A stretch of 5,271 nt of DNA from Selaginella moellendorffii (Eukaryota > Plantae > Lycopodiophyta). A program made the position numbers and the translations under genes. Shown here one piece after another: positions 1-5,271 of the stretch. Within the stretch, counting starts at the first letter, position 1, and each line of letters begins with the position of its first letter. The stretch lies in the NCBI RefSeq assembly GCF_000143415.4, contig NW_003314613.1:5409-10679 (forward strand), read 5' to 3'. The notes beneath the pieces are model-generated. The model was not told the DNA's origin and ran no database searches. It worked only from the letters and a program-made list of their open reading frames with translations.

Positions 1-3
1 CAG

Positions 4-1920
4 ATGTCGCGCCTGGGAGTGTATATTTGCTATTGCAGCACGGCAGCAGCAAACAGTAGCGCCTGTCCTCCTCGAACTGGGGAGCTTGCCAACCAGCTCA
101 GCCGAACGAACAGCGAGTTGGAGATGGCGCTATACTTCAAAGCGTGGCTTTTTGTCCTCCATGAGATGGCGAAGGGTGCGAAGATGAGCTCAGTGCAGTG
201 GATGGATTCACAGATGGATTCGTCCAGTATTGCGGAGGCAGTGCACAAGAAATGGCTTGAATTGATCAACAGCAGAGCTGTAGAGGAAATTAGTGAGTCA
301 CCGGATGCCAGGAACGAGAATCTACTCCAACGAGAGCTTGAAAACTTGAAGGATGTACTGCCGGAAGAGGGGGAGGTGCAGGTGCTTTTTGTTTTTGATG
401 AAGGTCGCGGTCTCTTACCGAATGGGGAAAGCACCTTCGGTATGGCACAATCGCCGTTTGACCAGATGAGGCGAGTGGCGAGAGCTTTCTTCACACACAA
501 GAAATACTTTGCAGTTGTCATGGATACGATGTGGAGTATCAGTAATCTCCACATCAGTAATCTGCAGCCTCGACGGCACGAGGACCAGTCGAGGAAAGCT
601 AATATCCTGGGTTTGCGGCTTTTAAGGCCTATTTATCAGGTGGTGAATATGGACCTTGTTCCTCGGACTACGGATTTGTCTCCAGCTCAGTTGTTCAGGT
701 ATGGAAGGCCCCTATGGAGTAGCCGCCTTGACAGCAATCCAAATGTGTGGAGCCTCCTCGATCTCGCGGAAGCCAAGCTGGTTGGGGTGCTGCACGGGGA
801 CTTTCAGGGGCAAGCTGTGGACGTTTGTGGTTCTACCGGAAAGGTACAGATGGCTGAGAGCCAAGCGTTGGCCTTGCTTTCAGCATCAGCGGGCCTGGAG
901 ATATGCCCGCGGAGTGCGCAAAGCCAGCTTCTTGTCGCTTCTCACATGAGTATCCTTACGTTCATCTCCCTCGATCGTACGAGAGTGCATATCAGTCAGC
1001 CCGTGGAGCCCGTTGTGAGTGAAGCGGCCGCTAGGATTCTCAACCGCAAGAGTGGCGAGCCTCTAGAAGTTGCTCTAGGGCTGTTCCTGAACGGCTGCTA
1101 CAATGGCTATGTGGATGCTGGACCTCGGGGGGAATTCATAGTGAAGCTCATCTTGCTGCAAGCTTGTTGGAGCTTGTACAAGGGTGACTACTACCTACGC
1201 CGCATTCCTCTCCGGGATTATATCGGACGATTGCTGGGCTGGGAGGAGGCACAGGTTGACGAGGCATGCAGCGGCCTGGATGAATCCGCTGCCGTCTTTT
1301 TTAACAGTTTTATGCTGGTTAAGCAGGGGCAGTTGACACCCGAGATCTTGGCAGCTGCGTTCATGAGAGGCTGTGCAATCATGTACAAAGCCAACAATAA
1401 CGTCCGAGGTTATGACATTGTTATTCCGGTCTGGACTTCCTTGGGGATGACTGCGCTGCTCGTTTCGGTTGAGAACAGTAGAAAGTGTGGGTGGCTCAAC
1501 AAAGCTTCTACGACTGTGTTGAGGCCGAGGCTCATGCAAGTCTCAGGAATCGAAATCAAAGTGGTGACGGTCCTCATCAATGTCCAAGAACCAAACCTTA
1601 AAGAGCCAGTGCCAACAAAGTTATGGAAGAAGGATGAGATGCATAAGTCTTACTTGCAGGGTGACGAAGCTTATGGCAAGAAAACGGAGCCTGTTGCGCA
1701 CATAACAGTTTATGGTCTCGAACGCAACTTTCGTTTCCTTGGTGCTGAGACGAAGAGACTTCTAGCTGAACTTTCAATTGCGGGGCCGGATGTGGAGGTG
1801 GAGGCTGGAAAGCAATCAGAGGAAGTGAAATCATGGCTCCATTTGCTGCTTCCTGACACGTATAAGCTTCCAATTCCAAACGTCTCTGACATTAAGGAGC
1901 TTGGTAAGACACATTCGTGA
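4..1920 (+). CDS. Crinkler/RHS-type CR-NTPase + CR-REase (PD-(D/E)xK fold) protein, probably 5'-partial
   Basis: 638-aa uninterrupted ORF; the frame is already open at base 1 (cag atg). Motifs in order: YICY...CPPRT (resembles the YxCxR...GYPPR segment that follows Walker A); Walker B VLFVFDE (382-402); FAVVMDT...ISN (508-546); DQSR; LFRYGRPLW (691-717); LVASHM (931-948); EPVVSEAAA (1006-1032); GPRGE (1120-1134); FNSF (1300-1311); RGCAI...GYDIVIPV (1366-1431); LLVSVEN (1456-1476). This series matches, from recall rather than a search, the fungal/oomycete/early-plant CR NTPase-REase proteins. Confidence 0.85.
   Translation: MSRLGVYICYCSTAAANSSACPPRTGELANQLSRTNSELEMALYFKAWLFVLHEMAKGAKMSSVQWMDSQMDSSSIAEAVHKKWLELINSRAVEEISESPDARNENLLQRELENLKDVLPEEGEVQVLFVFDEGRGLLPNGESTFGMAQSPFDQMRRVARAFFTHKKYFAVVMDTMWSISNLHISNLQPRRHEDQSRKANILGLRLLRPIYQVVNMDLVPRTTDLSPAQLFRYGRPLWSSRLDSNPNVWSLLDLAEAKLVGVLHGDFQGQAVDVCGSTGKVQMAESQALALLSASAGLEICPRSAQSQLLVASHMSILTFISLDRTRVHISQPVEPVVSEAAARILNRKSGEPLEVALGLFLNGCYNGYVDAGPRGEFIVKLILLQACWSLYKGDYYLRRIPLRDYIGRLLGWEEAQVDEACSGLDESAAVFFNSFMLVKQGQLTPEILAAAFMRGCAIMYKANNNVRGYDIVIPVWTSLGMTALLVSVENSRKCGWLNKASTTVLRPRLMQVSGIEIKVVTVLINVQEPNLKEPVPTKLWKKDEMHKSYLQGDEAYGKKTEPVAHITVYGLERNFRFLGAETKRLLAELSIAGPDVEVEAGKQSEEVKSWLHLLLPDTYKLPIPNVSDIKELGKTHS
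538..567 (+). repeat. In-frame 15-bp tandem duplication within the CDS (ISNLH-ISNLQ)
   Basis: atcagtaatctccac (538-552) and atcagtaatctgcag (553-567), 13/15 identical. Confidence 0.85.
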
Positions 1921-2665
1921 TACGCTATTCCCATGATATCATGATGTGACATTTCAAGTTTACAGGTGATCCGCGACAGAAGCGCCCAATAGATGCCACA
2001 GAGAAGTTTGCGGATGATTTGCAACAGAAACGCTTAAAAGTTGCCTGAGAATTGGTAATGCCATTTGGTTTAACAAATGCTCCTACAACTTTTTAGAAGT
2101 TGATAAATCAAGTTTTACAGCCTTACTTGAGAAAAGCAAGATCGTGGCCAGGTCGTTTAGAATATTAAGCATGTAGTAGTCTTATGATTCGGGTTATGTT
2201 GTAATGGTTTTGCATAAATATAGGATTATTAAAAACTTTTATTTTATTTTAGAAAATCAATTTAGCTTTTGGCTATGCAAATCACATGAGAAACAACACT
2301 CAACCATGAAGCTCTCCTTCTCACCAAGATCCCTAACACCACAATGTACACATAAATTTGAAATAGAAAGCAAAATGCATCCTGGAGCTCACCCTGAGAA
2401 AAACAAAATGTCAATGAAGGAGAAAATGATGGAGCTTGTAACTGTCATGACACAAGGCTTGCAAAGATGCAAAGCAATCATGGCCATAATAACCCTTGCA
2501 AAGGCTATGGCCATAGTTGTGAGGCTTTACCATGAATTGTGAATTGTAATTGATTTGTATCTAGGGTTTGACTAACTTAAAATATCTTTAAAAGCCCTTT
2601 AGATCCATATATATAACTTATATACTATCTTTGTAACTTGAGTTCCTTTACAAATGAAAATAAAA

Positions 2666-2689
2666 TTGCTGCATGTTGAGTTGCAGCAA
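2666..2689. repeat. Inverted repeat / stem-loop, candidate rolling-circle transposon subterminal hairpin
   Basis: ttgctgca (2666-2673), 8-nt loop tgttgagt, tgcagcaa (2682-2689): a perfect 8-bp stem 20 bp beyond the EEP stop codon. A T-rich tract follows it on both strands. Confidence 0.6.
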
Positions 2690-2709
2690 CGCTTGGTTTT
2701 ATTTTGTTT

Positions 2710-2880
2710 TTAAATATTTTTTATTATGATATATAATTTATTATGATCTGTCCAGTATGCAGGTGCTATTCCTGCTTCTGTATATATTATATCTTTTACC
2801 CATATATGATCTATTAGTTTCTTATTATGTGTATTGTCTTTTATTATTTGTATATATCCTTCTTTCTTCATTAGTAATAT
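2710..2880 (-). pseudogene. C-terminal fragment of an APE/EEP (exonuclease-endonuclease-phosphatase) domain, Helentron/Helitron-like element type
   Basis: Translates as ILLMKKEGYIQIIKDNTHNKKLIDHIWVKDIIYTEAGIAPAYWTDHNKLYIIIKNI*. It has Q...T...LIDHIW (2817-2800) and YWTDH (2757-2743), the two terminal EEP motifs (IDH and SDH/TDH) at normal spacing. A stop follows about 10 codons later, so the EEP domain was C-terminal in its ORF, unlike LINE ORF2. Confidence 0.72.
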
Positions 2881-3084
2881 TGCATACAAATGACTATAAA
2901 TCAGAAAAAGTAGAACATTTAAAAATAGAAACAATGGTAATGTCATATACATCACTAGAAAAAAATTTAAAAAACAGAAAAAAAATTTACAAAGAAAACC
3001 TGGAACAAATATATAAATATTCAAAAACAACTACAAAAATATATACAGAAAATAGATAATAAAAAACTAGTAATATAAATTGGT
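2881..3084 (+). pseudogene. Probable middle fragment of the same APE/EEP domain, inverted and frameshifted
   Basis: A-rich on + strand. Joining frames gives ...KVEHLKIE...IY[aa]RKPGTNI*IFK/QLQKYIQKIDNKKLVI*IG. This resembles the EEP 'hhYRxP-helix-hhhhGDFN' segment (tac at 2988-2990, RKPG at 2993-3004, LVI at 3067-3075). GDFN itself is missing. Confidence 0.5.
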
Positions 3085-3658
3085 TCAAATAATTATTGTT
3101 GTGCTCTCTCAAAATTTTTTCTTTGGTTGGACTAAAACAATGCAAATGCAAACTCAAGGTTTAGTTAAAGATGAGACCGAAAAGAAAACCATTAAGGATG
3201 AAAGATCAAACACGTAAATAATTTTTTCTTCTTGGAGAGATAATTTGCAATAAGGTGTTAACTCATTGCTTATATTTACATTATGCAATCAAGAGTCCCT
3301 ACTTTGATGCATATTGGTTATAGTGATCTTACAAGTGGTGAGTCAAGGGATGAATAGTGGTGAAGTGTTAAATCATTTTGTCTAAGCTTATTATTGAAGA
3401 TTTAAGTTGCAATGGTCAATTCTTTTTCAGGGAACCTTAGTATTACTCCTTGAATAGCTTGGTGTTGGATTAGTTTTGAGTTTGGTAAGATAGAGAGCGA
3501 CATGAACTTGTCCGTGTTATGAACAAAAATTAGTGGTGTTGGGTGTTGTAAGTCTCTATCAATGGAGTGTGGTATTTATGTTGCATTTTGTCGAATTGAG
3601 TTGACACTTGATACTCACATTAAACCTTTAAAAAAATGACATTAGCATTATTCGTGGT

Positions 3659-3756
3659 GTTGCTTGATTGATGATCAAGTCATTGTGATTTTTATATCAT
3701 ATTCATGTGATAATAAGTAATGTGTTTACGAAGTTGCTTGATTAGATGATGATCAA
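3659..3756 (+). repeat. Imperfect ~20-bp direct repeat pair
   Basis: gttgcttgatt-gatgatcaa (3659-3678) and gttgcttgatt-agat-gatgatcaa (3733-3756). Confidence 0.6.
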
Positions 3757-4769
3757 CCCCAAAGTGGTTGATGGTGAAGCTAATCTACTTATATATAGTA
3801 ACAATGAAGTAGCCTTGACTGGATTCTTAATGGTGGTCTATTATGCTAAATTTAAGTTAGTACCTTGGTTCTTAAAGGGTTTACCCATTGAGGTGTTAGA
3901 AAGGGTTGTAGCATTAATTTGCTATGACTTGTTGGTGAATCTGTTGCACTTGGAGTAGATTGCCGGATGGAAAATGTGTGTAATTGAGGCATTGACATTG
4001 CTAGCATTTGTGTTAGTGGAAATGGCATTGTTATTTTGAGTGATGAGGAATTTTCCTTAAATCTTGATTTTCCATGTCCTTTTTTTTATTAGTGTTTTGG
4101 CTTTACGTTGGATCTTGAAGGTGGTAAAAAAGAGTGTTAGTGCAATGTGGGTATCCGAAAATATGGTCTTTGTGATTAAGCCTTGGATGTTCATTTTGCA
4201 TTTTTGCGGATGTTAGTCTTGGATATAAAAAATATGGGTATGATGTTTGAAACTTAAGCATACTATGGGTCTTGAGAATTTGTATTGAGGTGAAACTATG
4301 TGAAGTTGTTAGTAGGAGGAAGTTGGTTGAGTCTTGAAAGTTTGCATTCCTGGATTGAGGGTAATTCTTTCTCTAGGATGGAAAATTTTCCATAAATTTT
4401 TTTAGGCTTTTCCAATGGTTGATTTGTTGATCACTTTGCTCAAAAACCTTTTCATTTTTGTAAACCAGTACAAACTAGTGAAACAGTTGGTGTTGACTTC
4501 GGTTGGCTTAAATTTTAATACAAAGTTTATATGATGCAACTTGAATAAGATGCTAACTTTTGGGGTTAAAGCAATTGAGTGGGATAAAGTCTGGAGTTGG
4601 TGTAAAAAAGTGGCCGTTGCATTTTTTTAAGAAAGGTGACCCTATGAGAGTAGTGAACTCTCACTGATCTTGACTTAGTTTTGGTAGCCTTGCACTTGGC
4701 TGAGGATGATGATATCCAACTTAATTGTTTAAGGTTGAAATGTTAGTACCCATACTATAGCTTTGTCTA

Positions 4770-5271
4770 TGAGGAGGTTGTGTACCAATATGAGTCCATC
4801 TCATGGTCTTCATTTTAGTTTCGACTGAGTGTTGATTATGCATAACTAGCCTCTTCAAGGTATGCTCAGATTAGATATATTGGTGAGCTTATTGCGGTTG
4901 AGTTGGATTCGAGTAGTTATTTAGTTTATGTTTGTCCATGAACTTTTATCTTGTACCTGGGGTATTACATTTATATTGGGCAAGTATATAACTCGATGAC
5001 ATAAGTTTAATGTTTGGGTCTTATGAAAGGTAAATTAAAGAGTGATTATTAGTTGCTTTGTGACTAGTGATTACTTGTAGACTTTATCAAAGGATTATTA
5101 ATACTTGCTTCGTTAGATGATAATTTAGCAATGATAGACTTGCTTACTGGATGGTGTTGCGGAGGATTGTGTCGTTAGACTTATATGGTTTTTCCATATT
5201 AGTATGTTGACTCTACCTCTGTCGATATCATTTGGTTATATTTAGTCTGTGGTATTTGATTTCATTAAGTC
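4770..5271 (-). pseudogene. Highly decayed candidate APE/EEP endonuclease domain (second relic), running off the window edge
   Basis: Across several frameshifts and stops the - strand gives, in order: LNEIK (5269-5255, cf. LxET), KVYK, TYVI, KFMDKHKL (4945-4922), STAISSPIYLI*A (4901-4863, cf. T....IDHIW) and DSYW../HNLL (4796 to about 4770, cf. YWSDH). The span is about 160 codons, as expected, but every motif is degenerate. Confidence 0.33.

Larger units (their letters stand above)
3090..5271 (-). mobile_element. Degenerate transposon-derived or formerly coding DNA, family unresolved
   Basis: About 2.2 kb with sustained G+T excess on + (A+C excess on -), very few CpG, and stops in the frames translated by hand. 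No RT, integrase or transposase motif was recognised apart from the candidate EEP relic. Confidence 0.4.

Noticed and set aside
30-554. 174-aa - strand ORF
   Set aside because: Antisense shadow of the main CDS: Ser-rich, with no motifs.
656-949. 97-aa + strand alternative-frame ORF
   Set aside because: Nested in the motif-bearing main ORF; no recognisable domain.
1195-2024. Three - strand ORFs (1195-1539, 1598-1879, 1710-2024)
   Set aside because: Antisense overlaps of a GC-richer coding region. No antitoxin-like or other motif supports them.
2204-2542. 112-aa + strand ORF as a partner or immunity gene
   Set aside because: Straddles a compositional change, is low-complexity and CpG-depleted, and shows no domain signal.
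2561-2569. ctagggttt, a plant telo-box-like motif
   Set aside because: Single occurrence with no adjacent promoter or telomeric array.
2655-2689. Bacterial Rho-independent terminator
   Set aside because: The shape fits, but the context looks eukaryotic with no operon structure. It is kept only as a hairpin.
2710-3059. ORFs 2710-3030 (-) and 2757-3059 (+) as small membrane proteins
   Set aside because: Their hydrophobic N-termini are antisense readings of A-rich sequence. Each is better explained as a chimera across the inversion junction.
3746-3958. 70-aa + strand ORF
   Set aside because: Val/Leu-rich product expected from GT-skewed DNA; no motif.
4378-4393. 16-bp perfect palindrome atggaaaattttccat; also catgatatcatg (1932-1943) and hairpin tgagagt/actctca (4645-4663)
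   Set aside because: Short, AT-rich and isolated; compatible with chance in 5 kb.
3090-5271. Ty3/gypsy, Ty1/copia or LINE pol assignment (LIGSPFL, PPHRQ, HWKSLKK look-alikes)
   Set aside because: Isolated short resemblances in inconsistent order. No YxDD, KTAF, RNase H or integrase motifs were found.

Overview
The window looks eukaryotic, possibly a non-seed plant such as a moss (inferred from composition and repeat content only). Bases 1-1920 hold an intronless, roughly 50% GC reading frame that is open from the window edge. It encodes a Crinkler/RHS-type (CR) P-loop NTPase fused to a PD-(D/E)xK restriction-endonuclease-fold (REase) domain. The Walker A motif is probably just upstream of the window, and the nuclease Q-x-K motif reads SVEN, suggesting an inactive nuclease. 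After about 2040 the DNA becomes AT-rich, CpG-poor and has no intact genes. It contains a relic of an APE/EEP endonuclease of the type found at the end of Helentron/Helitron-like ORFs (about 2710-3085). The two halves of that relic lie on opposite strands, and a stem-loop sits next to its stop codon. A second, much more decayed candidate EEP relic lies at about 4770-5271 on the - strand, inside a long strand-skewed degenerate region. No rRNA, tRNA or CRISPR array was seen.
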